64,000 nt of DNA from Oscillatoria acuminata PCC 6304 (GTDB taxonomy: Bacteria; Cyanobacteriota; Cyanobacteriia; Cyanobacteriales; Laspinemataceae): contig NC_019693.1 in assembly GCF_000317105.1 (NCBI RefSeq), forward strand, positions 3,839,227-3,903,226. The letters run 5' to 3'. How positions within the stretch are numbered: the stretch's first letter is position 1; every line of letters starts with the position of its first letter. Below the pieces are notes generated by a model. That model ran no database searches, had not been told where the DNA came from, and saw nothing but the letters and a program-made list of their open reading frames with translations. Made by a program: the position numbers and the translations under genes. This document shows positions 38,323 through 48,099 of this stretch, one piece after another.

Positions 38323-38361
38323 GGTAAAAAATAGGAGGACTAACAACAACGCTAATCCTCC
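38323..38361 (-). terminator. Terminator-like hairpin downstream of the CHAT gene
   Basis: GGAGGA-16 nt-TCCTCC followed (minus strand) by TATTTTTTACCC; 8 nt after the stop codon. Confidence 0.4.
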
Positions 38362-38368
38362 AGAACGC

Positions 38369-41233
38369 TTACTGCCACTCGCCTTGCAAGGTAAAGGCTG
38401 CCCAGTAGAAAGGGGCCTGCCACCGTTGTTGTTCCCAGAGTTCGATTTGGGCCGATCGCAAGGCAGCCGCGGGAGTTAACCCTTCTTGGAGCATTTTCTG
38501 GTAAAAATTCACCATCAGCCTTGCGGTGGCTTCATCATCCACACTCCACAGACTAACCAGGACCCGAGGCGCACCGGCATACATAAACCCCCGGGTTAAC
38601 CCCACTAGGCCCTCCCCTCGGATTTCCTGACCTAACCCCGTTTCACAGGCACTCAACACGACTAATTCCGCCGGTAAGTTAAGGTTAAAAATTTCATGGA
38701 GGCGCAAAAACCCATTTAACGGTTCCCCCTCTTGATTTAACAGGGAAAACACTAACCCCGATAACTCCGGATTCACACTATTCAGCAATCCGTGAGTAGC
38801 AAAATGGACAATCCGATATTGACTCAGTTCGGGATTAGTAGCCGCTTCGCGACTGGCTTCAAACCCGAAAGCTTTTCTACGTTCGGATTCGGGAACCAGG
38901 GCCAAAATTTCCTCGGCTTCGAGTTTGGTATAGGGGAGACGGCTAAATTCGACTTCCGAGGCACGAGTTCCGGTTTCAGATTTAATCCCGAGGGTGAGGG
39001 ACTCATCGGAGGCATTCGGTTGCAGGCGATCGTCGTAGGGAGTAAAAACCGGATCGGCGAGAACCGCTAGGGTTTTGCTGGCAGGTGTGCGTCCGGCAAT
39101 TTCTTGACGCAAGACGGCCATCGTGGAGGCAGAAGGTAAGCTGACGATTTCATGTTTGACGATTAAGGGCAGGTAACTGTCGCTGCCCTCCGGGGGATTG
39201 GGGATGGCGAGGGCAGCGAAGGGGATATATTGCAAGGCCCCATCACTGACAATTAGCAGGCGCTTGTCATCCCCGAGGAAGTCGGCAATGGGTCCGAGGA
39301 CTTTCTCGCTGAGGGCGGCAGAGGTTTGGGTAAAAATCGATCGCCGGATCCGCAGACTGGGAATGGTGAGGGCGTTTCTAAACTGTTTGGCAGCTTGTTC
39401 GATTTCTTCTCGGGGGGGCAGGGTGTAGCTGGTGAGGCTGGTTTTGGTAACCACCCACAGGTAACTCCGTTCTTTGCCGAGGGAATATTCCAGGAGGATG
39501 GTGTCATCATCAAGGACTTTTTCCTGGATTTGGGTGAGGGTGAGGGGTTGGGGTTGGGTGAGGGCGGCGTAGCGGGGGCTGGTGACACGCAGCAGGGTTT
39601 GGACTCGCCGGTATTGGGTGAGGAGGTCGTCAATTTCGGCGGCGAGGGCATCGGCTTGTTCTGGGGTATGAGGTCCAGAGAGGAGTTGGATGCGTCGTTC
39701 TTCTAGGGCGCTGAGTTGTTGTTGGATGCTACGTTCGCTGTCGAGGAGTTGGGGGTCGGCCCCTTGGCGGATGTCGGCGTTGGCTTCGTTGAGGATTTCT
39801 AGGAGACTGCGGGCGCGGCCCTGTTCGCTGGCTTGGAGGGCTTTGGCGTCAAAACCTGCGGTGGGCTGCTGTTGGTGCAGTTCCATGAGCAGGTCGATGT
39901 AGAATTCATAGTAGTCCTGGACTTTGGCGAAGAAGGAGGCGCGGGACTCCTGGCTGGCGACGTTGGTGCGGAGGTCCTCGGCGATCGCAATGGCGGTTTC
40001 GATTTCGGTGAGGGCCTTGTCGAGTTGTCCTTGATGCCGCAGGGCGACTGCGATCCGGTAGCGGGTGAGGGCTTCTTTGGGCCGATCGCCCACGGATTCG
40101 CGCAGGGGTAGGGCTTGGTGATAGTATTCCAGGGCTTTAGGGTTGTCACCGAGGGAGGCGTAGACGAAGCCGATGTTGTTGAGGGTACTGGCTTCTCCCC
40201 GGCGATCGCCTGCGCTTTCCCACAAGGGTAATCCCTGGTGATAGGTTTCTAAGGCAAGGGGATAGTCCCCGTCTTTGGCATAGACGAAACCCATGTTATT
40301 GAGGGTGGTGGCTTCTCCCCGGCGATCGCCGGCTGCTTGCCACAGGGGAAGGGCTTCGTTATAGCGATCGAGGGCTTTTTGTTTATCTCCTAATGCTTCG
40401 TAAACGTTGCCAATATTGTTGAGGGTGAGGGCAACGCCAGCGGTGTAGTCGAGTTCTCGATAGAGGGGGAGGGCTTGATTGTAGTAATCGAGGGCTTCTC
40501 GATATTGTCCTAAGTCGTCGTATATTTTACCGATGTTGTTATAGGTGACAGCTTCTCCCTGGCGATCGCCGGCTTCTTTCCACAGGGGGAGGGCTTCATT
40601 ATAGGAATCGAGGGCTTGTTGATATTCCCCTAGGGCATCGTAAACTGCCCCCCGTTCTATGAGGGCAAAGGCTTCTGCACTGGGGAGTTCGAGTTCTCGA
40701 TACAGGTCTCGCGCCTGATTATAAGCGTCCAGGGCGGGGGTAAAGGTCCCCAGTTCCGCATAACTGCGGCCTAGGTTAAACAGGACGTCAGCGACGCCGG
40801 GAAGGTCTTCTACGGCTTCTTTGAGGGTGAGGGCTTGTTGGAGGTAGTCGAGGGCTCCTTGGGGGTCGCGGGAGGCTTTGGCGACGAAGGCTAGTCCAAT
40901 CAGGGTTTCGGCTTCTAAGGATTGATCCCCGAGTTGTTGATAGAGGCTGCGGGCTTCTTGGAGTTTAGCGATCGCCGCGCTGAGGGCTTCGGGGGTGCCT
41001 TCTAGGAAGAGTTGCTCTCCTGCGCTAAAGGCGCGATCGGCTTGTTCTTCTAAGCTCTCTGGGGTAGTTTTTTCGGGAGAGTCGGTGAGGGTCACAACCG
41101 AGTCAGCCTGGGGTGCTGCAACGGCAACTCCGGGGCAGATCAGGAGGCTTAATCCCAGGGTGAGGTGGAGGACCGCCCGGGGGAGGCTGTCCGGGTATGG
41201 GTTGTGCTTGATGGGGTCTCCTCGATCGCTCAT
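38369..41233 (-). CDS. TPR-repeat / CHAT-domain (caspase-like protease) protein with signal peptide
   Basis: N-terminal signal; about 10 TPR units (ALxxYNQALPLWxxxGDRxGEAxTLNNIGxVY). The C-terminal CHAT domain carries the His/Cys dyad context 'HFATHG ... LVVLSACETGLG'. Confidence 0.85.
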   Translation of the reverse strand: MSDRGDPIKHNPYPDSLPRAVLHLTLGLSLLICPGVAVAAPQADSVVTLTDSPEKTTPESLEEQADRAFSAGEQLFLEGTPEALSAAIAKLQEARSLYQQLGDQSLEAETLIGLAFVAKASRDPQGALDYLQQALTLKEAVEDLPGVADVLFNLGRSYAELGTFTPALDAYNQARDLYRELELPSAEAFALIERGAVYDALGEYQQALDSYNEALPLWKEAGDRQGEAVTYNNIGKIYDDLGQYREALDYYNQALPLYRELDYTAGVALTLNNIGNVYEALGDKQKALDRYNEALPLWQAAGDRRGEATTLNNMGFVYAKDGDYPLALETYHQGLPLWESAGDRRGEASTLNNIGFVYASLGDNPKALEYYHQALPLRESVGDRPKEALTRYRIAVALRHQGQLDKALTEIETAIAIAEDLRTNVASQESRASFFAKVQDYYEFYIDLLMELHQQQPTAGFDAKALQASEQGRARSLLEILNEANADIRQGADPQLLDSERSIQQQLSALEERRIQLLSGPHTPEQADALAAEIDDLLTQYRRVQTLLRVTSPRYAALTQPQPLTLTQIQEKVLDDDTILLEYSLGKERSYLWVVTKTSLTSYTLPPREEIEQAAKQFRNALTIPSLRIRRSIFTQTSAALSEKVLGPIADFLGDDKRLLIVSDGALQYIPFAALAIPNPPEGSDSYLPLIVKHEIVSLPSASTMAVLRQEIAGRTPASKTLAVLADPVFTPYDDRLQPNASDESLTLGIKSETGTRASEVEFSRLPYTKLEAEEILALVPESERRKAFGFEASREAATNPELSQYRIVHFATHGLLNSVNPELSGLVFSLLNQEGEPLNGFLRLHEIFNLNLPAELVVLSACETGLGQEIRGEGLVGLTRGFMYAGAPRVLVSLWSVDDEATARLMVNFYQKMLQEGLTPAAALRSAQIELWEQQRWQAPFYWAAFTLQGEWQ

Positions 41234-41524
41234 AAGGGGTTGGGGTTAGCAAGGATTGAGGGTGAACTGTTGGGTATGAAGGGGGGCGTGATTTTTTCGT
41301 TCCCCTAAATGTTGCCAGGGAAGGCTGTACTCCTGTTTATACCCCACTCAAGGATAGGTGGCTCTATGCCTATGGGGGTATTATAGTGCCTGTTTTCGGG
41401 ACTGACACTGCCCAAGGGGGTTGGGGATTCTTTCTGGGGGGTCGGCATGGGATCGAGGATGACGTTTCCCCTGGGGGATTGATGCTTGAGCTTAATTTTC
41501 TGGGTTCCGATTTGGAGAAATGGG

Positions 41525-41863
41525 TCAATCTCTCACAACTGACTCGCTAATCCAGTTTAAATAAGGCGGAGAACCTGCAATAATTGGAACAACAATTATT
41601 TCGGGAACTTCATAAGAATGCAAGGCTTTTATAGTTGATTCTAATCGGGCAAATTGACGCAAATCAGTTTTGATTGTGAGTTGCCATTCTTCTTCTTTAT
41701 TGACTTTATCTCTCCAGGTATAAATAGAGTAGATCGGGGTTAGGCTGACGCAGGCGGCTAACTGTGATTCCACGAGGGCTTCTGCGATCGCCTCGGCTTC
41801 TTTGCGCGTGGGGGCCGTGACCCAGACGATGCCATATTCCAGTTCATTCATACGGTTATTCAT
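41525..41863 (-). CDS. cutA: Divalent-cation tolerance protein CutA
   Basis: 112 aa; 'IVWVTAPTRKEAEAIAEALVESQLAACVSLTPIYSIYTWRDKV' matches the CutA1 fold. Confidence 0.85.
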   Translation of the reverse strand: MNNRMNELEYGIVWVTAPTRKEAEAIAEALVESQLAACVSLTPIYSIYTWRDKVNKEEEWQLTIKTDLRQFARLESTIKALHSYEVPEIIVVPIIAGSPPYLNWISESVVRD

Positions 41864-42032
41864 GGGACTTCTTTCCTGGGATTTGCTGGATGGGCTAACC
41901 TTTCAGGCTTTGATTGCAGATATTGTATCGAGTTGGGGAACAAATTAGAAGTTTGGGAGTCTTGTATTCATAACTTTATTCAATCATCGGGATAAAATGA
42001 GTAAATTCTTTGTAAAGAAATGTTAAACCTAC

Positions 42033-42063
42033 TTGACATCACCGAGAGCGCTTGGGTTAAATA
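42033..42063 (+). promoter_or_regulatory. Candidate sigma70 promoter for the surface-protein operon
   Basis: TTGACA (42033-42038), then 18-19 bp, then TTAAAT/TAAATA, in the AT-rich 450-bp leader upstream of 42320. Confidence 0.3.
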
Positions 42064-42319
42064 TAAGTCAATGTAGCTCCAAAGATTAATTAAGCTAAAA
42101 CACTTACCAAATGTTTAAACTTCAATTAATTAAACCGGATAAATATTAAGGGTTTCATTTTAGGGGATCCTAAATATATTTAGTTTAGAGTTTATTTTTT
42201 TTGCCAGACCAAGCCATCGCCAACTCCACTATTTAGGGAATTATTTGGACTCAGCTTGAAGGCATGAGCATCAGGGGCATCTAACTGCATCTACCAGTTA
42301 CTCCAGGGTCATTTTTATT

Positions 42320-44782
42320 GTGGAATCCACTCAATACGCTGGAAAGCACCGGGCCAAGCACCCCTATTTAATCAAAATATTGTTGTTGGGTTCAATGGGA
42401 ATTTGGCCACTATTTTTAACAGTGGCATTGCCCGTTTTTGCTCAACTGACTCCAGCAGGGACCCCCATTGAAAACCGGGCAACGGGTAGTTTTGAGGACC
42501 CGCAAAATCCGGGGATACCGATTGAAGTTCAATCCAACACGGTCACGATTACCGTGGCGGAAGTTGCGGGAATTACCGTCCAAGCAACCGGAATCACGGA
42601 CGCCGATGGGGACGATCGCATCGACGTGGGGGACCTGCTTTATTTTCAATATCAAGTCACCAATGTGGGAAATGACCCCACTCGCTTTCGCATCCCCAAT
42701 TCGGCGAATATCACCGGACCTGGAACCCTCGCGGGTAATGTCGAAATTAGTACCGATGGGGGTCAAACCTGGATCCAGGTTACGGGAACGGAACTGATCA
42801 CCGAATCGGTCCCGGTGAATGGTAGCATTCAGGTCCGGGTTCCGGTGACAGTCCGTTCTGATGCCGTAGTTGGCAGCGAAATTTTTGTCCAACTGGGGAA
42901 TACCCCAGAGGATGAGCAAAATGTGGAACGGGTGGCGAGTAACCTGGATGTTTATACCGTAGATAACCCTGATGGATCGGTTGATGGGGAAGTGGCCGGA
43001 CCCCCAGTGAATGGCACAAGAGAAGCAAGTGCCACTCAACAAACGACGGTGGCAGCAGTGCCTTTGGCATTGGCGGCCCTGTATAAAACTCATGGGACGC
43101 CGATTGAAGTAAATAATCCGGCGGATCCGTCTGATGATGTGATTACTTATCAATTGGCGTTAGACGTGCGATCGCAACTGCCGCCCGGAGTGACCGGGTT
43201 TGTGCCGGGAGATTTAGCGCCGAATGAACGCTTCCCCATTAATGTCGATGGGAATCTGGTCAACCGGATTCTGATTTCTGACGCGATGCCGGTGGGGACT
43301 CAATTTGTGCTAGATTCGGCAGTTGCACCCCAGGGATGGCAAGTGGTGTTTACCGCAGATGATCCGAACAGTGCCAATGCTTTGCAAGCGAATTGGCGGA
43401 CCGATGTTGCGGCAATTGGCGGAGTTGCCAATGTGCGGCGAGTGGGATTTATCTCCGAAGCTACCATTGCCCAGGGAACTCAGGTGAGTGGATTTGAGTT
43501 TAAAGTGGTCACGAGCAATATTGCGCCGGGGACAACGGCGATCGCCAATATTGCCCAGGTATTTGGGGGGACTGCTGGGAATCCGGACCGCTTGGTGTAT
43601 GACGAATCCGGGGACCAAAATCCTAGTAACTTTAATGATGATGGCACATTACCTGTCCTCGATGCCGATGGAAATCCCGTTGTCTCTTCCGGGGTAGCGA
43701 ATCCGGCAACTGATGGTGTTGACCCCAACAATAGTAATACCGGCGTCGGACCGGGGGGGGAAGCGAATGTGGTTACCCTACCCTTTGCTCCCACGACGAT
43801 TCAAAATGGGCCAACGGGATCACCAGGGGCCGTTGGTCCGACGGATAATAATAATGACTTCTCCAATGTAGTGGTTCCGGTCCCGCCCAATGTACCACCG
43901 GGACAAGCGATCGCCCCTCCTCCGGCCAATTTTGGGAATACGGTGGTCAATCCCACGGGTCAGGCGATCACGATCGCCCCAGTTAACCCCAGCGATCGCG
44001 ACTCGTTACCCGCAGGGACAACGGTTACGATCACCTATGGGGGGCGAACCGTCACCTATGTCTATGACCCTATCACCGGATTTACCACCTCCGATCCGCC
44101 GATTGTGATTCCTGGAGAAGTCTCGCCAGCAGACTATCAGGTGCAGATTCAGTTGCCCAATGCTCAACCGAATACCGCGTATGAGATACCGATCGCTGCC
44201 TTTATCGATACCGATGGCAATGGCAGGTTTGATGAAGGGGAACAAGGGAATATCACCATTAACCGGATTTATACCGGGTTTATCGAGACCACCAAAGAAT
44301 CGCGCATCCTCAAAGGAACGGGACCCGATGTACTGCCGGGACAGGAAACCTTTAGTACCGAGGTAAAAACCCCGTCCCCAGGCAATATCATCGAATATCG
44401 CTTGACTTACAATAACTTTTCCACAGTTGGGGGTCCGGGGAATCTCACCCTAACTGCCAGAAATTTGGTGATTACCGAAGATGGCACGACCTACGACCCG
44501 GTGACCAATCCTGCCGGAAATAATTGGGCGTTAGATACGGATAACCTCGATGAGGATAGCAATCCGACCACGGGAATTGATACCTCTCATGTGGTGGGGT
44601 CTGCGGTGGATTCTACCGGGGGAGAAATCCAATTTTTCCAGGGAAGACCCGCAACGACGCCCACCGGGGAACAAAGCGGAACGACGGTGGAGACGGATGT
44701 TACCCGGTATGTCATCCGTGTGACTCAGGAAATTGCCCCGGGAGAATCGGGAACGTTTACATTTCGCCGCCGGGTGAATTAA
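42320..44782 (+). CDS. Secreted DUF11/CARDB-like repeat-domain protein (surface-cluster gene 1)
   Basis: Signal peptide (cleavage around VFAQ-LT); multiple DUF11-type beta-sandwich repeats (e.g. 'GDLLYFQYQVTNVGNDPTRFRIP', 'GNIIEYRLTYNNFSTVGGPGNLTLTARNLVITEDG'); Gly/Asn/Pro/Thr-rich. An alternative start is the ATG at 42395. Confidence 0.7.
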   Translation: MESTQYAGKHRAKHPYLIKILLLGSMGIWPLFLTVALPVFAQLTPAGTPIENRATGSFEDPQNPGIPIEVQSNTVTITVAEVAGITVQATGITDADGDDRIDVGDLLYFQYQVTNVGNDPTRFRIPNSANITGPGTLAGNVEISTDGGQTWIQVTGTELITESVPVNGSIQVRVPVTVRSDAVVGSEIFVQLGNTPEDEQNVERVASNLDVYTVDNPDGSVDGEVAGPPVNGTREASATQQTTVAAVPLALAALYKTHGTPIEVNNPADPSDDVITYQLALDVRSQLPPGVTGFVPGDLAPNERFPINVDGNLVNRILISDAMPVGTQFVLDSAVAPQGWQVVFTADDPNSANALQANWRTDVAAIGGVANVRRVGFISEATIAQGTQVSGFEFKVVTSNIAPGTTAIANIAQVFGGTAGNPDRLVYDESGDQNPSNFNDDGTLPVLDADGNPVVSSGVANPATDGVDPNNSNTGVGPGGEANVVTLPFAPTTIQNGPTGSPGAVGPTDNNNDFSNVVVPVPPNVPPGQAIAPPPANFGNTVVNPTGQAITIAPVNPSDRDSLPAGTTVTITYGGRTVTYVYDPITGFTTSDPPIVIPGEVSPADYQVQIQLPNAQPNTAYEIPIAAFIDTDGNGRFDEGEQGNITINRIYTGFIETTKESRILKGTGPDVLPGQETFSTEVKTPSPGNIIEYRLTYNNFSTVGGPGNLTLTARNLVITEDGTTYDPVTNPAGNNWALDTDNLDEDSNPTTGIDTSHVVGSAVDSTGGEIQFFQGRPATTPTGEQSGTTVETDVTRYVIRVTQEIAPGESGTFTFRRRVN

Positions 44783-44845
44783 GTCAAACTTTCAGTTGAA
44801 TCAAACCTTTGTTCATCACAGGATCAGTAATCAGGGGGGAAGGAA

Positions 44846-45445
44846 ATGCAGGAAAACCCGTTCGTAATTTTAATCATAACTTTGGGCGTGATAGGGAATC
44901 TGTCATTTCCGGGTTTGGCAATGGCATCGATTCCACCCTTGGGGGAGACGGCCAATGCTACCGGGTCCTGTGACATCACCGGGTCCTGTCCCTTTCTCCT
45001 CTCCCAAGGCAACCGGGTGCAAATTCGTCTCCAACTCTATCTACTCAGAACCGTTGAAGATGACCAGGGGAATGTCAATACCGAATGGATAGAACTGCCT
45101 GCTGCTGCATCGGTGCAACCGGAACAGGTCCTGCGCTATACCCTCACCGCAGAAAACCAAACTGCTGAGGATATCCCCAACTTCATCCTCACCCAACCTA
45201 TCCCCGATCCGGTGGTTTATATCCCTGAGTCTTCCGTAATTGATACAGATGCTGAAATTACCTACAGCATCGATAACGGCGAAACCTTTGCTGAGAATCC
45301 CACGGTGGAAGTCACCCTAGAGAATGGACAGGTGGAAACCCAACCGGCACCCCCCGAGACCTATACCCACATCCGTTGGACCTTGACTAATCCCCTGCCA
45401 CCCACTGCAGTTGTAACCGGACAGTTTGAGGTGCGGGTGCAATGA
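44846..45445 (+). CDS. Small secreted single DUF11-like domain protein (surface-cluster gene 2)
   Basis: Signal peptide, then 'VLRYTLTAENQTAEDIP...YSIDNGETF...YTHIRWTLTNPLPPTAVVTGQFEVRV' DUF11-like pattern; stop overlaps the next start (ATGA). Confidence 0.5.
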   Translation: MQENPFVILIITLGVIGNLSFPGLAMASIPPLGETANATGSCDITGSCPFLLSQGNRVQIRLQLYLLRTVEDDQGNVNTEWIELPAAASVQPEQVLRYTLTAENQTAEDIPNFILTQPIPDPVVYIPESSVIDTDAEITYSIDNGETFAENPTVEVTLENGQVETQPAPPETYTHIRWTLTNPLPPTAVVTGQFEVRVQ

Positions 45446-48093
45446 AGCATCAAAACTCACCGAGTGGCAACTCCCAATCCAAATTTAGGACTCGTTCCCT
45501 CGGGTGGGCAGTCACTGCCACCCTTCTGGCGGGAACGTTGGGGACACTATTTATTAAAACCAGTAATTTTTCCCAAGCCTCTGCTCAGGATAACCCCCAA
45601 TGTGTGATTCCCGGATACTTGCTTCAAAATGAAGCAGGCTACAGTTACAGCAGCGATGGTACTAATCAGATTGATGGGGTTTCCAACCAAATTACAGATG
45701 CGGTGGTCGGGGGAGGACCCGTCACTATCAATCCCGGTGGAATTCGGGATGGGGCAAATAATCGCGTTTCCGGTGCCTTTGCTGGTGTACTCGCTGATGA
45801 GTTAATTAAATTGGGATTTACCCAAGCAGAAGCAACTCGGGCGGTGATTGCTGTAACGGTTACTTTGGCGCAGTTGCCCGTTGAGTCAAGTTTCCGGGAA
45901 GTGGCGATCGCCACTCGGACTGCGGTATTCCAAGCAGTTCCTGGCAAAGCATCCGCGATCGCCCAACTGCAACGCCCACAAGCACAAGAAACAGCGATCG
46001 CCCTGACTGCCGAACTCTCCAAATCCATCCTCATCAGCGATGGACTCACCGAGGCAGAAGCAGAAACCGTTACCCAACAACTCATCTCTACCATTGTCGC
46101 AGCAGGAGATAATGCACCCATCGATGACACCTTCCGCGCCGCATTTCAGGCGATGGTTGCTGCCGTCCCCAGTCGCGAAACCCTCCTGCGAGACCTTGCC
46201 GAAGACTTTGTAGAAGAAATTCGCAACCTTCGCCAGGGGGTTCGCAGTGGCATCGAACAAGGGGATGTGCTCTATTTTGATTTCACCCTCAGTAACCCCA
46301 CTGATAGTGCTCTGCGCTTCCAAATTCCAGATGCCAACGCCGTTCAACGAGAAACCACCAATGGCATTGTCCGTGGAGTTAGCTATTCAATGATTGGCAA
46401 TGGTAACGGTGTCTTCCTCGTTCGCGATTGCTTCCCGGAACCGGAACCGGAAGAACCTGGACCCATTGTCATTACTCCGGCACCGGATATCGACCCCTTA
46501 ACGCCAACGGAACCTCCATCGGAACCGCAACCCCCATCGGGACCTCCACCCACAATTACTCCGGCACCAGAGATTCAACCCCAACCCACTCCCACTCCCA
46601 TTCCCACTCCCACTCCTCCGCAACCCGTCACGACCCCCACGGATGTGATTGTCGAACCCGGTGGCGGAGTCCAGATTATCGTTGAGGTGGAAGTTGGACC
46701 TATTCCCCCCGATGGCGGTGGGGTAACGGTCAACATTCCCACCATAGAGACTCCCGAACAACCCCCTACCCAACAAACGGTGATTATTACCCCCACCCTG
46801 CCGGGTACTCCGCGCACAGAAGGACTGGGACGGATTACTGGATGTGCTGGAGAACTCTTACCGGACTACACCGGATTTAGAGTGGGACTCTACCAACCTA
46901 ACCTGGCAGATCCCACCGGAGGGATTCAAGGCGTTGTCCCCCTGACTCCCACGGATATCAGTCGGGGACTCTCGCCTAACCTGGAAAATGCCAACCCCTT
47001 CTTCCTGACTAATGGAGAACAAGGTACTTACAATTTCCTCCTGGATGTCACCCGAGGTCAACTCGATCCGGGACAACAATACATTTTCTTAGTCACTCCC
47101 CCTGGTGGGAGTAACTACGCGGAACGTCGCATCCGCTTGGATATCGGTGCCAACAATAATGGCATCGTTGCCTATACTGCCACCGCCCTGGATGGACGGC
47201 CCCTGAATGTGGTCACTAACAGCACCTCCGCTACGGGGACCATTGATATTCGCGATCGCGATCAAGTCGGATTGAGTTTAGGCACGTTTGACTTAACCAC
47301 CAGTCTGTGCGAAGCGCAGGAAATCCAAATTGAGAAAACCGGCGATCGCATTGCTGCCGAACCCGGCGATACCGTCATCTACCGTCTCGCCATCCGCAAC
47401 CTTGCTAATACTCCCGTTACCGGCATCATCGCCGCTGACTTCCTCCCCCTCGGATTCCAATTCCGCCCCGATTCCGTCCGCGCCGAAATCTCCGGTCAGC
47501 GTATTGGCATCACCTCTAGTCATGATGGCCGTTCCATCACCTTTGATGCCTCCAACGTCACCATTCCTCCCACGGAAGTCCTGAATATTGCTTACGCTGC
47601 ACGCATCACCCCCGATGCCTTGCGTGGCAATGGTCGTAACTCCGCCTTTGCCAATGGTCAGCGTGTCGATACCGGCATCCAAGTTCAAGATGGTCCGGCA
47701 ATTCACTCCCTGCGCATCGCACCGGGTATTCTCTCCGACTGCGGCACCTTAATTGGTCGCGTCTTTGAGGACCTCAACGGCGATGGCGAACAACAACCCG
47801 ATGAACCCGGTATGCCCAATGCGGTGATTTTCCTTGATGATGGCAACCGCATCATCACCGATGAACAAGGGTTGTACTCCGTTTCTAATGTCCTGGGTGG
47901 ATATCGCACCGCTACGTTAGACCTTTCTAGCGTTCCTGGATATACCCTCGCACCCAACGAGTTTGTGAGTGAACGGAATAGTCTATCCCGTCTCGTGCGC
48001 CTCGAACCCGGGGGTATGGCACGGGTGAACTTTGCTGTAACCCCCGCTGCGGAGGAAGATCCTGCCTCCACCGTCGGTCAAGAAGGAGGTTAA
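45442..48093 (+). CDS. Secreted protein with helical N-domain, Pro/Thr-rich linker, DUF11 and SdrD-B/Cna-B-like domains (surface-cluster gene 3)
   Basis: Signal-anchor-like N-terminus; ~60-aa P/T/E-rich linker (PEPEPEEPGP...TPTPIPTPTPP). DUF11 ('GDTVIYRLAIRNLANTPVTGIIAADFLP') and SdrD-B-like ('GRVFEDLNGDGEQQPDEPGMPNAVIFLDDG...DEQGLYSV') domains follow. Confidence 0.65.
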   Translation: MKHQNSPSGNSQSKFRTRSLGWAVTATLLAGTLGTLFIKTSNFSQASAQDNPQCVIPGYLLQNEAGYSYSSDGTNQIDGVSNQITDAVVGGGPVTINPGGIRDGANNRVSGAFAGVLADELIKLGFTQAEATRAVIAVTVTLAQLPVESSFREVAIATRTAVFQAVPGKASAIAQLQRPQAQETAIALTAELSKSILISDGLTEAEAETVTQQLISTIVAAGDNAPIDDTFRAAFQAMVAAVPSRETLLRDLAEDFVEEIRNLRQGVRSGIEQGDVLYFDFTLSNPTDSALRFQIPDANAVQRETTNGIVRGVSYSMIGNGNGVFLVRDCFPEPEPEEPGPIVITPAPDIDPLTPTEPPSEPQPPSGPPPTITPAPEIQPQPTPTPIPTPTPPQPVTTPTDVIVEPGGGVQIIVEVEVGPIPPDGGGVTVNIPTIETPEQPPTQQTVIITPTLPGTPRTEGLGRITGCAGELLPDYTGFRVGLYQPNLADPTGGIQGVVPLTPTDISRGLSPNLENANPFFLTNGEQGTYNFLLDVTRGQLDPGQQYIFLVTPPGGSNYAERRIRLDIGANNNGIVAYTATALDGRPLNVVTNSTSATGTIDIRDRDQVGLSLGTFDLTTSLCEAQEIQIEKTGDRIAAEPGDTVIYRLAIRNLANTPVTGIIAADFLPLGFQFRPDSVRAEISGQRIGITSSHDGRSITFDASNVTIPPTEVLNIAYAARITPDALRGNGRNSAFANGQRVDTGIQVQDGPAIHSLRIAPGILSDCGTLIGRVFEDLNGDGEQQPDEPGMPNAVIFLDDGNRIITDEQGLYSVSNVLGGYRTATLDLSSVPGYTLAPNEFVSERNSLSRLVRLEPGGMARVNFAVTPAAEEDPASTVGQEGG

Positions 48094-48099
48094 TTTAAA

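Noticed and set aside
42416-43153. 245-aa minus-strand ORF, and several 60-150-aa ORFs, antisense to the surface-operon genes (e.g. 45666-46130, 45886-46347, 47293-47706, 54654-55046, 55043-55396).
   Set aside because: Fully embedded antisense to long, domain-rich plus-strand genes. They have low-complexity, Cys/Arg/His-rich translations typical of spurious frames in GC-skewed repeat DNA.
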